A stretch of DNA of 55,023 bases, taken from Gammaproteobacteria bacterium (GTDB lineage Bacteria; Pseudomonadota; Gammaproteobacteria; Steroidobacterales; PWYM01). Below, in pieces: positions 45,934-55,023 of the stretch (within the stretch, counting starts at the first letter, position 1; the number at the start of each line of letters is the position of its first letter). The stretch spans positions 1 through 55,023 of the forward strand of contig JBGTIC010000438.1 of NCBI GenBank assembly GCA_041745895.1, given 5' to 3'. The position numbers and the translations under genes are program-made. The notes below the pieces were generated by a model that had not been told where the DNA came from, did no database searches, and saw nothing but the letters and a program-made list of their open reading frames with translations.

Positions 45934-47130
45934 ATGTTGGCGAAAATGACAATACGAATGGCGATCGCCGTCATGCGCACAATGCATAAGATCAACAGGC
46001 TCGTTGCATCATACTGGCTGGCGCTGCGCAGCGCTTTGGCGCAGATCGCTATGTCCCGAGGTGCCACGATGATTGCGAATATCACTGGGCGAGTCAGCCA
46101 CGTCGAATTTCACGCCACCACGGCGCAGCCAGCAGGCCGCCAAGCTACCTTATTGCGAGCCGTTCTCGCGTGTATGGCGTTTTTTTCGGGCACGGGCCTG
46201 GTGGCAGGCCAGTCTCCGGGGCAATACCCACCCGACGTCGCTGTCGTCGAGGTGACTCGCGATTGCACCACCTGTCCCGAATTGGTGCTGATCCCTGCCG
46301 GCGAATTTCTGATGGGCGCAGACATAACTGAGCCGCGCAAGCTCGGCTTGCCGGAATTCTGGGCCACACGTGAGCAGCCCGTGCATCGTGTGACGGTGGA
46401 GCGGCCGTTCTATCTTGGGAAATACGAGGTCTCCCGGGGCGAGTTCGCGCAGTTTGTCGCAGCCACCGGCTATTCACCAGCGCCGGGGTGTTGGCATTTC
46501 GTGGGCAGCGAGTGGCTGTTCGATGAGGCCCGAAACTGGCAGGACGCGGGGATCGACCAAAACGACGGACATCCTGCCACCTGTGTCAATTGGCTCGACG
46601 CGCAGGCTTATCTTGCATGGCTGAGCAGCAAGACCGGCGAAACCTACCGCTTGGCGAGCGAATCGGAGTGGGAATATGCCGTCCGAGCGGGTACCCGGAC
46701 GGCGTACTGGTTTGGTGACGACCCGGAACGGATCTGTGACTTCATCAATCTCGGCGACATCACCACACGGGAGCAATTCGGCTGGGACCAAACCGAGATG
46801 GTGTACGAGACCTTGGACAACTGGAAGGGCGAGCCCTGCCGCGATGGCTATGCCACCACCGCCCCCGTGCGTGAGACGGTGGCAAACCCCTTTGGTCTGC
46901 ATGGCATGCTCGGCAATGCCAATGAGTGGGTGGCCGATTGCTGGAACGACGACCACAGTGAGGCACCCGCCGATCAGACGGCAAGATTGACCGGTGCGGA
47001 CTGTGGTCTGCGCGTGATGCGCGGACAGGGCTGGACGGCGATCGCGGCGAGCACGCGGCCTGCGTTCAGGCTCAAGATGAATGCCACGGATCGAAGGTTC
47101 ACGTTTGGTTTCCGCGTGGCTCGGGACTGA
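45934..47130 (+). CDS. Formylglycine-generating-enzyme (SUMF1/FGE-sulfatase) domain protein, exported
   Basis: LIPAGEFLMGA, HPATCVNWLDAQAYLAWLS, YRLASESEWEYAVRAG, GNANEWVADCW, RVMRGQGW. Start uncertain: internal ATGs at 46051 and 46069 precede the signal-like LLRAVLACMAFFSGTGLVAG. Confidence 0.75.
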   Translation: MLAKMTIRMAIAVMRTMHKINRLVASYWLALRSALAQIAMSRGATMIANITGRVSHVEFHATTAQPAGRQATLLRAVLACMAFFSGTGLVAGQSPGQYPPDVAVVEVTRDCTTCPELVLIPAGEFLMGADITEPRKLGLPEFWATREQPVHRVTVERPFYLGKYEVSRGEFAQFVAATGYSPAPGCWHFVGSEWLFDEARNWQDAGIDQNDGHPATCVNWLDAQAYLAWLSSKTGETYRLASESEWEYAVRAGTRTAYWFGDDPERICDFINLGDITTREQFGWDQTEMVYETLDNWKGEPCRDGYATTAPVRETVANPFGLHGMLGNANEWVADCWNDDHSEAPADQTARLTGADCGLRVMRGQGWTAIAASTRPAFRLKMNATDRRFTFGFRVARD

Positions 47131-47254
47131 GCGTCGGCAAAGCACCGCGATCTCATCAGTTTCAATACATCAGGTATGCTTCGAACTCATACCGGCCAAC
47201 CCGCACGGTCGCCTATACTCAAATTCCGAAGTTCAGGTCCATGGGGAATGACCG

Positions 47255-49273
47255 ATGTCGCAAATGCCTGTTTCGCTAATGGTCGCGGGCGTAGCAGCGC
47301 TATGCTGTGGTTATGTTGACGCTGCAGAAACTGCCACCTCGCAGCAGGCGGCATCATCCGATGCGCTGGTGGTCTACACGGAAGCACGCGACCCCTGCAC
47401 CGAGCGCAGCGCCACCCGCAACGCATACTTCGGCGACCTGCATATCCACACAGGCTTCTCCTACGACGTCCGTCCGTTCGGCTCGACCACGACTCCGGCC
47501 GATGCCTACCGCTTCGCCCGGGGCGGCTCGATCGGTGTCCCGCCCTTCGACGACAGTGGCGAGCCGACCGCCACCCTGCAGCTGCGCACACCCCTGGATT
47601 TCGCCGCGGTCACCGACCATGCCGAGTTCTTTGGCGAGTTGGGGCTGTGCATGGACCCCTCCGGCAGCGTGTATGACGTGCCCGCCTGCCAGTACCTGCG
47701 CGGGAGCGGCGACAGTATCTCGCCCGCCAGCGGCAATCTCTTCAGGGTGTTCGTGAACAGCCTGCTCACCGACTCTCCTTATCAAGTCGAGGAAATCTGC
47801 GGTGAGGACCCAGCTGCATGCGTCGAGTCGGCCAGCCCGCTGTGGAAAGCGACGCAGCAGATGGCCGAGGACGCCTACGATCGCTCGTCGCGCTGCGAGT
47901 TCACCACCTTCGTCGGCTATGAGCATACCGGCACACCAAACTCCAACAACTATCATCGCAACGTCATTTTCCGCAATGCCGACGTACCGGCGCGCGCCAT
48001 CTCCTACATCGACGCCCCGAGAGGTCTTGACCTGTGGAACGCGCTAACCGATGAGTGCCTGGACGCAGTTGACGGCTGCGACGTGCTGGTGATCCCGCAC
48101 AATTCAAACCTGAGTTCCGGGTCGATGTTCCCGTCCTACGCGGCCGGCTCCGAGACGGCAGAATTCGCTCCGGCCGCGGCCCGTCTGCAGGCCGCCATGG
48201 AGCCGATCATGGAGATTTTCCAGCACAAGGGAAATTCCGAATGTTTCAATGGGTTTCCGGGAATTCTCGGCGCGCCGGATGAGCTGTGCGAGTTCGAACA
48301 GGTCCGCTCGGTCGGCGAGCGTCGACTGATCTTCGGGGAAACCTACGAACTGAGGTTCTGCGAGGAAGGCGAAGTCGGGCGACGCGGCTTTGCCGCCGTG
48401 GGCTGTGTCTCGAGGAACGATTTTTTCCGCAGCGTGCTGCTGACCGGCCTTCAGGACGAGGCCGCCATCGGCGTGAATCCATACAAGTTAGGCGCGATCG
48501 GATCGACGGATACGCACCTGGCGCTGGCGGGCGCCACCCAGGAGTCGGACTGGCCAGGACACCTTGTGCCTGAGACCGAGCTCGAGGCGCGTCTTAGGTC
48601 CGGGCTTTTTTCTCCACAGTCTCTCGTCAGTAATCCCGGAGGCCTGGCCGGCATCTGGGCGGTAGAGAACTCGCGCGATGCCCTGTTCGAGGCCATGCGC
48701 AGACGCGAGGTCTTCGGCACCTCGGGCACGCGTATTCAACCGCGCCTTTTTGCGGGCTGGGATATCGACGATAAAGCTTGCAATCTCGCTGACCTGCCGG
48801 AGTACGGATACGCGCATGGCGTCCCCATGGGCGGCGACCTGCCGCCGGCCACGGCAGCGGGGAAGCCGCGGTTGCTGGCTTCCGCAGTGAGGGATCCCGA
48901 CGGCGCCGCGCTGCAGAAGCTGCAGATCATCAAGGGATGGATCGATACTTCGGGCCAGGCTCGCTACGAAGTCTTCGACGTGGCGGGTGCAGACAACTCT
49001 GACGGACAGGTCAACCTCCTCACGGGCGAGTGGAATGGCGAGGGTTCGACATCGCTGTGTGCGGTCTTCGAAGACACGGCTTTCGATCCGGCGGAATCCA
49101 CCTACTATTACCTGCGAGTGGTCGAGGTTCCGACGCTGCGGTGGAACTGGGCGCAGTGCGTCGCCCTGCCCGCCGACGAACGCCCGGCAGCCTGCCAGAA
49201 CGACGCACCCCGAACCATCCAGGAAATGGCCTGGACTTCGCCGATCTGGTATACCCCGATCGCCGGCGACTAG
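47255..49273 (+). CDS. DUF3604-family protein (PHP-like metal-dependent hydrolase fold), exported
   Basis: Signal peptide. N-proximal YFGDLHIHTGFSYD and later VIPHNSNLS and GSTDTH motifs, as I recall for DUF3604. 672 aa. Confidence 0.65.
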   Translation: MSQMPVSLMVAGVAALCCGYVDAAETATSQQAASSDALVVYTEARDPCTERSATRNAYFGDLHIHTGFSYDVRPFGSTTTPADAYRFARGGSIGVPPFDDSGEPTATLQLRTPLDFAAVTDHAEFFGELGLCMDPSGSVYDVPACQYLRGSGDSISPASGNLFRVFVNSLLTDSPYQVEEICGEDPAACVESASPLWKATQQMAEDAYDRSSRCEFTTFVGYEHTGTPNSNNYHRNVIFRNADVPARAISYIDAPRGLDLWNALTDECLDAVDGCDVLVIPHNSNLSSGSMFPSYAAGSETAEFAPAAARLQAAMEPIMEIFQHKGNSECFNGFPGILGAPDELCEFEQVRSVGERRLIFGETYELRFCEEGEVGRRGFAAVGCVSRNDFFRSVLLTGLQDEAAIGVNPYKLGAIGSTDTHLALAGATQESDWPGHLVPETELEARLRSGLFSPQSLVSNPGGLAGIWAVENSRDALFEAMRRREVFGTSGTRIQPRLFAGWDIDDKACNLADLPEYGYAHGVPMGGDLPPATAAGKPRLLASAVRDPDGAALQKLQIIKGWIDTSGQARYEVFDVAGADNSDGQVNLLTGEWNGEGSTSLCAVFEDTAFDPAESTYYYLRVVEVPTLRWNWAQCVALPADERPAACQNDAPRTIQEMAWTSPIWYTPIAGD

Positions 49274-49301
49274 CTCGCGACTACCGGATGTCGTCTCACG
49301 C

Positions 49302-50159
49302 ATGCTGAGACTGCTGATCAGAGAACCACTGATCCACTTCGTGATCATCGGCGGTCTGCTGTTTGCAGCGTACTCGATGCTGGCGCAGGCGCCAGGCGAA
49401 GAAGCGGTGAACCGCATCATGGTCGATACCGGGCTCATCGACAGGCTCGAACGGGACTTCGTTCGCCAGTGGCGACGCCCTCCTGATGACCTGGAACGCG
49501 AGGGTCTGATCCAGGAATACCTGCGCGAGGAGATCCTGTACCGGGAGGCGCTGGCACGCGGCCTGGACAGAAATGATGCAGTCGTACGACAGCGTCTGGC
49601 AAGAAAGATGGAGGCGTTCGCCATTATCGACGCGGGCGTTCCCGCCGAGCCGACGGAAACGGAACTGCGCGCCTACTTTGCGCAGCACGTGGAGCGGTTC
49701 GCCACGCCGGAGCAGATTTCCTTCACTCACGTCTTCCTGGCTCGGGATTCGCGGGGAGATGACCTGGCCGCGGATGCCCGGACACTGCTCGGTGAGCTTC
49801 GCGCCGCCGCTGTCTCGGATATTGACGGCCTGGGAGACGCCCCGCCGACACGCCCGAGCTATGAGGGTACAACGCAGCGCGAAGCGGCGCGCCAGTTCGG
49901 CAGGACATTTGCCGAGCGACTGTTCGAGTTGCCTGCCGGGAGCTGGCAAGGTCCGGTCGAATCCGGTTTCGGTCTGCACCTGGTCCTGATCATAACACGT
50001 ACCCCATCACGTGATCCGGAGTTCGAGCAGGTGGCGTTCGAGGTCAGAAGTGATTATCTCGAGAATCGGCGTCGCGAGCTTCGTTCCGCTGTTTTTACGG
50101 AGATGCGACGCAACTACGCGATCGAGATGCCCGCACCGGACCAGGCCGACCGACAGTGA
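49302..50159 (+). CDS. Membrane-anchored parvulin-like peptidyl-prolyl isomerase (Rotamase_2 type)
   Basis: N-terminal TM LIHFVIIGGLLFAAYSML. C-part ISFTHVFL...AGSWQGPVESGFGLHLVLI. The ORF-track N-terminal 105 aa overlap the upstream gene and are rejected. Confidence 0.65.
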   Translation: MLRLLIREPLIHFVIIGGLLFAAYSMLAQAPGEEAVNRIMVDTGLIDRLERDFVRQWRRPPDDLEREGLIQEYLREEILYREALARGLDRNDAVVRQRLARKMEAFAIIDAGVPAEPTETELRAYFAQHVERFATPEQISFTHVFLARDSRGDDLAADARTLLGELRAAAVSDIDGLGDAPPTRPSYEGTTQREAARQFGRTFAERLFELPAGSWQGPVESGFGLHLVLIITRTPSRDPEFEQVAFEVRSDYLENRRRELRSAVFTEMRRNYAIEMPAPDQADRQ

Positions 50160-51211
50160 GGCAAGCGAAGCGCGTTTCGCGCGCGCTGACCATGGCTGCA
50201 GTGGCGCTGAACCTGTCATTCGGGTGCTTCGTCGCGAACGCGCATGATCTGCGACCGATGTACCTGGAAATCGTGGAGCACGCGCCAAACCTGTTCGGGA
50301 TCAGCACGAAACTGCCACCCACCGTGTCCATGCGCGCACTTCCCGAAGTGGAGCTGCTGGGTCCATCGTGCGATCGCGTGGACCGCCAGGCGCCGAGCGC
50401 GGATAGGAACTATCCTGCCGAGGCACTGCCGGGTTTCTATTCCTGCGATGACGGCCTGGCGTCGGCCGAGCTGATCCTCAGATACCCCGAGTTCAATCCC
50501 TCGCTGAATATCCTGGTCGGCATCACATGGCTCAGCGGCGAGCACCGTATGCTGGCGGTGGGGCCGGACGAAACACGCATAGCCCTGCCCTCTCCCGAAA
50601 CATTCGGTGGCGTCGCGAACGCCTACGTGTCGCTTGGCATCAAGCACATCCTGACAGGGATAGACCACCTGCTGTTCGTTGTCTGCCTGCTCTGGATCGC
50701 CGGCACCCTGCCGCGAATTGCACTGGCAATTACCGGCTTTACGCTGGCCCACTCCGTGACACTTGGTCTGTCGGCACTGGATATCGTACGACTGCCCGTG
50801 GCCCCCATGGAAGCATGCATCGCACTGAGCGTCGTCATCCTGGCAGCGGAACTGGTGCGGCGCCGACGCGATACCCTTGCCTGGCGGTTTCCCATCCTCG
50901 TCTCACTGATCTTCGGTCTTCTGCACGGCTTCGGCTTCGCCAGCGTACTGAATGAAATCGGCTTGCCGCACACCCAAATTGTTGGTGCCCTGCTGTTTTT
51001 CAATCTGGGTATCGAACTCGGTCAGCTGGCCTTTGCCGCAGTGATGCTTCTGTATCTCGGCCTGATTCGTTCGGTCTGGCGGGGCACGCGGCTGCGGCTG
51101 TTTCCCGTCGCGTCGACAGACAACTCACTGGGCACTTCGGTCATGGGCTATGTCATTGGCGGAACCGCCGCGTTCTGGCTGCTGCAACGGCTCGCTGTAC
51201 TCCCCTACTGA
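50156..51211 (+). CDS. HupE/UreJ-family membrane protein
   Basis: GIKHILTGIDHLLFVVCLL signature plus several further TM helices. GTGA overlap with the PPIase stop; alternative ATG at 50192. Confidence 0.65.
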   Translation: MRQAKRVSRALTMAAVALNLSFGCFVANAHDLRPMYLEIVEHAPNLFGISTKLPPTVSMRALPEVELLGPSCDRVDRQAPSADRNYPAEALPGFYSCDDGLASAELILRYPEFNPSLNILVGITWLSGEHRMLAVGPDETRIALPSPETFGGVANAYVSLGIKHILTGIDHLLFVVCLLWIAGTLPRIALAITGFTLAHSVTLGLSALDIVRLPVAPMEACIALSVVILAAELVRRRRDTLAWRFPILVSLIFGLLHGFGFASVLNEIGLPHTQIVGALLFFNLGIELGQLAFAAVMLLYLGLIRSVWRGTRLRLFPVASTDNSLGTSVMGYVIGGTAAFWLLQRLAVLPY

Positions 51212-51254
51212 CGCAATCGCAATCCGGCCGTAGCGCTCATCACTGGCGAGGCAC

Positions 51255-51842
51255 TCAGCTCGCGAAATCCGCGCGCAACGCCTGAGCGATCGGCTCCGGA
51301 ACGGGATCCACGGTATGCTGATACTTGTCGTGGCCGATCCCTGCCGAGAGTTTCGCCCCGCCGCGAAACGCCGCGATCATCTCTTGTGAAAACTCGAAGC
51401 GCATGAAGTGCACGGCAGAGGTTTTTTCATCGGTGGTGCGCTCGAGGTCCTCGTTGGCGATCGGTGTGACGCGCTCGAAGCCCTCGACCTGCAGCCAGGT
51501 GCCCTTCTCGATACCGATCAGTTCGGCGAGCCGACGGCGACGCTCCTCCGTGTCCGGAAACTCCACCATGAACGTGGCCTTGAGGTTGCTGCCGTCGGGG
51601 ATCAGCGGATTGTAGGCTGCCAGTTCATCCTCGATGCCCTGCGCTTCGAACACCCGCTCGATGCGCAGCATCTCCTGAACCTGATACTGAAGGGTCAGGC
51701 GGTCTTCGAAATACAGCGTGGCGTTCTCACCGATGTGCAGCTTGCGATGCTGCTTGTGGGCGATCACCTTGGCCCGGAACTCCGGACGCAAGTTTGCGTA
51801 CTCCTCGAGACTGTAGAGATCCTCGCGTGTGAGCTTGTTCAT
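51255..51842 (-). CDS. DUF3501-family protein
   Basis: 195-aa acidic protein immediately downstream of the CCG Fe-S protein and rubrerythrin, matching the conserved trio as I recall it. The call rests on context and length, with no catalytic motif. Confidence 0.5.
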   Translation of the reverse strand: MNKLTREDLYSLEEYANLRPEFRAKVIAHKQHRKLHIGENATLYFEDRLTLQYQVQEMLRIERVFEAQGIEDELAAYNPLIPDGSNLKATFMVEFPDTEERRRRLAELIGIEKGTWLQVEGFERVTPIANEDLERTTDEKTSAVHFMRFEFSQEMIAAFRGGAKLSAGIGHDKYQHTVDPVPEPIAQALRADFAS

Positions 51843-51859
51843 GTCTATCCTTGATAGCT

Positions 51860-53209
51860 TCAGAGGCCGTAGGCCTGACGCAGCAAACTCATCGGGTGAC
51901 TGGCCTGCGTATCCTTGCTGCCAATCGCGATCTGTTCGGCTGCCATCGGGCAGTCGCTGGTGAAATGATCCGCCTTAGCATTCTCGACGCGCCGCACCAC
52001 TGGCTGCGCGATTTTACGCGAGACCTCGTGGAACTCCTTTTTCACGGCATAGGTGCCGTCGTGGCCTGAACAGCGCTCGATCGCCTCGACCTGCGTGTCG
52101 GGCACGAGCTGCAGCACATCGCGGGTCTTCAGGCCGATGTTCTGCACACGCAGGTGGCAAGGCACCTGGTAGGCGATCTTCCCGAGCACCTTGGTGAAAT
52201 CGGTCTTCAGCTTGCCGGCTTTGTGCCGGGCCATCAGGTAGTTGAAGGGGTCCCACATTGCGGCAGCCACCTTCTTCACCTGCTCATCGTCGGGAAACAG
52301 CAGCGGCAGCTCCTGCTTGAACATCAAAACGCAGGATGGGACCGGGGCGACGATGTCCCACCCCTCGTCCACCAACGCCGCGAGCACAGGCACGTTGATG
52401 TTCTTCGCCTTCTCCACCGCATGGAGATCGCCGAGTTCGAGCTTGGGCATGCCACAGCACTTCTCGGTATCGGCCAGGCGCAGCGCAATCTCGTTGTGCC
52501 GGAATACGGCCACCAGGTCCTCGGCCATCGCCGGCAGATTTCGATTGCCATAGCAGGTGGTGAACAGCACAGCGCGGCCGCGCGTCGCACCCACGACCTC
52601 GGCCGTCTCGCCGGTCTCCTCACGCAGCGATGCCAGACGCTTGCGCGCGGTGTTGCTGTGGTACTTCGGCACCGGCGCTTGTGCGTGCACCCCGAGCACG
52701 TTTTCCAGCAACTTGCGTGCCGTGGCGTTGCGGTTGGCCGCATTGACGGCCTGCACGACCACCGGAATGCCAGCGAGTGAACCGACAGTGTCGGTGGCCG
52801 AAAGAATCTTGTCGCGCGTGGAGACCTTGCCGTCCTTGAACTTCGCGACCTTGGCACGCAGCATCAGGTGTGGGAAATCGACGTTCCACGGATGTGGCGG
52901 CACATACGGACACTTGGTCATGTAGCACATGTCGCACAGGTAGCAGTGGTCGACGACGTCCCAGTAAGCCTTCCTGGGCATACCATCGACTTCCCCCGTA
53001 GCGGATTCGTCCACCGCATCGAACAGTGTCGGAAACGAGTTGCAAAGGCTGAAGCAGCGCCGGCAGCCATGGCAGATATCGAAGACGCGCTCGAGTTCAC
53101 CAAACAGTGCCGTCTCGTCGGTGAAATCCGGAGATTTCCAGTCGATCGGATGCCGGGTGGGCGCGTCGAGACAGCCTTCGCGCTGCTGATCGGGGGGTTT
53201 GGTGGACAT
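51860..53209 (-). CDS. Heterodisulfide-reductase-related (HdrD/GlpC-like) Fe-S protein with CCG domains
   Basis: Two ferredoxin-type clusters, CHGCRRCFSLCNSFP and CYLCDMCYMTKCP. CCG motif EKCCGMP and second-domain ERCSGHDG. ATG at 53209; the upstream 73 aa in the ORF track are rejected. Confidence 0.8.
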   Translation of the reverse strand: MSTKPPDQQREGCLDAPTRHPIDWKSPDFTDETALFGELERVFDICHGCRRCFSLCNSFPTLFDAVDESATGEVDGMPRKAYWDVVDHCYLCDMCYMTKCPYVPPHPWNVDFPHLMLRAKVAKFKDGKVSTRDKILSATDTVGSLAGIPVVVQAVNAANRNATARKLLENVLGVHAQAPVPKYHSNTARKRLASLREETGETAEVVGATRGRAVLFTTCYGNRNLPAMAEDLVAVFRHNEIALRLADTEKCCGMPKLELGDLHAVEKAKNINVPVLAALVDEGWDIVAPVPSCVLMFKQELPLLFPDDEQVKKVAAAMWDPFNYLMARHKAGKLKTDFTKVLGKIAYQVPCHLRVQNIGLKTRDVLQLVPDTQVEAIERCSGHDGTYAVKKEFHEVSRKIAQPVVRRVENAKADHFTSDCPMAAEQIAIGSKDTQASHPMSLLRQAYGL

Positions 53210-53321
53210 CAACTTGTCCTTGTTGTTGGCACGAAGCGGGGCGGGCGCAAGGGCCCGCCCCGGTCGTTCTGACTCACACTGCGCGGGCCTGCTGGCGCGC
53301 GAGCTGGCGTCTTCCAGGGGA

Positions 53322-53741
53322 TCAGGCGTCGAGCTGATCCAGCGCCTTCTGGAAGCGGTTGGCATGGGAGCGCTCGGCCTTGGCCAGCGTCTCGAACCAG
53401 TCGGCGATCTCGTCAAAGCCTTCGTCACGCGCCGTCTTGGCCATGCCGGGATACATGTCGGTGTATTCGTGCGTCTCGCCGGCCACCGCGGCCTTCAGGT
53501 TGTGTGAGGTCGGGCCGATCGGCAGGCCGGTCGCCGGGTCACCGACAGCTTCCAGATACTCGAGGTGCCCATGCGCATGACCGGTTTCACCCTCTGCGGT
53601 CGAGCGGAATACCGAGGCGACGTCGTTGTAGCCCTCGACATCGGCCTTCGATGCGAAATACAGGTAACGGCGATTGGCCTGGGATTCACCGGCGAACGCC
53701 TCCTTGAGGTTGTTCTCGGTCTTGCTGCCCTTCAGTTCCAT
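53322..53741 (-). CDS. Rubrerythrin-family diiron protein (four-helix domain only, no rubredoxin CxxC)
   Basis: [58 protein letters not shown] (ExxH pairs). No Cys. RBS AGGAG before ATG 53741. Confidence 0.85.
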   Translation of the reverse strand: MELKGSKTENNLKEAFAGESQANRRYLYFASKADVEGYNDVASVFRSTAEGETGHAHGHLEYLEAVGDPATGLPIGPTSHNLKAAVAGETHEYTDMYPGMAKTARDEGFDEIADWFETLAKAERSHANRFQKALDQLDA

Positions 53742-53808
53742 GCTGCTTGCTCCTTGCCTTTGTATTTGCAATGCCGGATGTAGAGAAAACATCTCTCGAT
53801 CCGAGGGT

Positions 53809-53823
53809 TTAGAATCAGTCTAA
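53809..53823. promoter_or_regulatory. Fur-family-like 7-1-7 near-palindrome TTAGAAT-c-AGTCTAA upstream of the rubrerythrin gene
   Basis: Read directly. 6 of 7 arm positions are complementary. About 70 nt upstream of the start at 53741. Architecture resembles PerR/Fur boxes. Candidate only. Confidence 0.3.
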
Positions 53824-53983
53824 GAGGCTGAAATTAGACCCCTGTGCCAGGCTTGTCAACCGCTAGGCGCGGAGCGTTGCAGCGCAGCTATGCGCGTTGA
53901 CCGCCCTGCGCGCCGTGTGTAGCTTAGCCTGCGCTGCGGCACCGCTGTGGCCAGCGCGACCCAAGCCACCTGGAGCAGGCCGG

Positions 53984-54259
53984 ATGCCGCGGAAAACCAC
54001 GCCGAAGGACAGCCCGGCACTGGGCAACGAAGACACCCCCACAGTTGATTTCGAACAGTCGCTAAAGGCACTGGAGGCGCTGGTGGAGCGCCTGGAAGGC
54101 GGCGAGTTGCCGCTGGAGCAGGCGCTGGAGGCCTTCGAAACGGGCGTGCGCCTCACCCGGGAATGCCAGCAGGCACTGCGTCAGGCAGAACAGAAGGTCG
54201 AGATCCTCACCGGCAGCGGGGAGGGCGCCCGCCCGGTGCCCTTCGAAGCTGAAGACTGA
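53984..54259 (+). CDS. xseB: Exodeoxyribonuclease VII small subunit
   Basis: [61 protein letters not shown] before ATG 53984. Followed by ispA, as in the conserved xseB-ispA(-dxs) operon. Confidence 0.9.
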   Translation: MPRKTTPKDSPALGNEDTPTVDFEQSLKALEALVERLEGGELPLEQALEAFETGVRLTRECQQALRQAEQKVEILTGSGEGARPVPFEAED

Positions 54260-54268
54260 TCGCGCCAG

Positions 54269-55023
54269 GTGGATATCGCCAGTCGACTTGCGACGCTCAA
54301 GCAGCGGGTGGATACAGCGCTCGCGCAGTATCTCGTCGCGCGAGAGGGGCGCCCGGAGCGACTGCTTGAAGCAATGCGCTACAGCGTGCTGGGTCCGGGC
54401 AAACGCATCCGGCCGGTATTGTGCTATTTCACCGGAGAGGCGCTGGGCCTGGATATCGCCCGGCTGGACGCACCGGCCTGCGCGGTCGAGATGATCCATG
54501 CCTACTCACTCATCCATGACGACCTGCCGGCCATGGACGATGACGATCTCCGTCGCGGCCGGGCGACCTGTCATCGCGCATTTGACGAAGCCACGGCCAT
54601 CCTGGCCGGCGATGCCCTGCAGGTGCTGGCCTTTGAGGTGCTGGCGGGCGATGACCGGCTGACCGCGGAACCACACCTGCGCCTGGGGCTGGTGCGACGT
54701 CTGGCCGCTGCGAGCGGCATCGACGGCATGGCCGCCGGTCAGGCGATGGACCTGGCGGCCGAAGAGCGCACGCTGACGCTTCAGGAGCTTGCGGCCGTAC
54801 ATCGGCGCAAGACCGGTGCGCTGATCAGGGCCTGCGTGCTCATGATGGCCGATCTCGCCGAAGCGCCGGAACAACAGGCCACCGCGCTGGGAACCTATGC
54901 CGATCGCATCGGCCTTGCTTTCCAGGTGCGTGACGACATTCTCGATGTCGAGGGTGACGAGGCGGCCACCGGCAAGCGCGTGGGTGCCGATGCACGGCTG
55001 CACAAGGCGACCTATCCGGCGCT
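54269..55023 (+). CDS. ispA: Farnesyl diphosphate synthase, 3'-truncated by the window end
   Basis: My own translation from GTG 54269: VDIASRLATLKQRVD...GKRIRPVLCYFTGEALG...EMIHAYSLIHDDLPAMDDDDLRRGRATCH (first DDxxD region). The frame stays open to nt 55023. Not in the ORF track because it has no stop codon. Confidence 0.85.
   Translation, partial: MDIASRLATLKQRVDTALAQYLVAREGRPERLLEAMRYSVLGPGKRIRPVLCYFTGEALGLDIARLDAPACAVEMIHAYSLIHDDLPAMDDDDLRRGRATCHRAFDEATAILAGDALQVLAFEVLAGDDRLTAEPHLRLGLVRRLAAASGIDGMAAGQAMDLAAEERTLTLQELAAVHRRKTGALIRACVLMMADLAEAPEQQATALGTYADRIGLAFQVRDDILDVEGDEAATGKRVGADARLHKATYPA

Noticed and set aside
44982-45989. 335-aa plus-strand ORF antisense to D14, and similar ORFs at 43991-44701, 37835-38569, 28453-29572, 29706-30503 and 30659-31594
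   Set aside because: The opposite-strand frames carry the conserved D-family motifs, Tat leaders and tight operon spacing. These antisense frames have no motifs.
46021-46034. Perfect 14-bp GC palindrome GCGCTGCGCAGCGC
   Set aside because: Short GC-only palindromes are expected by chance in DNA this GC-rich. It may lie within the N-terminal coding region of the FGE-like gene and has no supporting context.
48488-49624. 378-aa minus-strand ORF across the DUF3604/PPIase junction, and similar ORFs at 5646-6686, 20039-20959, 21632-22465, 1668-2507 and 2715-3482
   Set aside because: They are antisense to genes with strong family motifs. They are Arg-rich and low-complexity. Shadow ORFs.
1-55023. 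Scan for CRISPR arrays, tRNA/rRNA genes, integrases, transposases, IS inverted repeats and phage genes at the island borders
   Set aside because: No regularly spaced direct repeats, no tRNA-like T-loop contexts in intergenic regions, and no recombinase or transposase motifs in any frame. The island therefore has no visible mobility machinery.

Overview
High-GC proteobacterial (probably gammaproteobacterial) chromosomal window. Housekeeping genes sit at both ends: parC/parE on the left, and DUF3501 / CCG Fe-S protein / rubrerythrin, xseB and the 5' part of ispA on the right. They bracket about 46 kb (5.4-51.2 kb) of accessory-looking DNA. I found no rRNA, tRNA, CRISPR array, integrase or transposase. 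The main signal is 14 paralogs (D1-D14) of one uncharacterised exported protein family of about 270-330 aa. 12 of the 14 have a twin-arginine leader, and all share a D[LI]xTGExLxxWxNPxTG core and a C-proximal WxxW[ML]xMG[DE]xPGH block. From memory this resembles Pfam DUF1838, but I could not verify that. The paralogs lie in four co-directional gene strings. These strings also carry two TonB-dependent receptors, two Tat-exported flavin amine oxidases, an exported FAD oxidoreductase, two exported alpha/beta hydrolases, a Tat-exported nitrilase-superfamily hydrolase, a beta-lactamase-fold protein lacking its catalytic motifs, and two exported ~620-aa paralogs with a ferrochelatase-like motif pattern. 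The window also holds a LysR / aldehyde dehydrogenase unit followed by a single 1260-aa ORF that fuses a Baeyer-Villiger monooxygenase, an HSL-type esterase and a class A flavin hydroxylase. Other genes are a SAM methyltransferase with a coupled small ORF, a membrane-embedded LytTR regulator, and an FGE-like / DUF3604 / parvulin-like PPIase / HupE group. Many long antisense ORFs in the six-frame track are shadow ORFs typical of GC-rich DNA. All family assignments rest on motifs read by eye, because no database search was possible.
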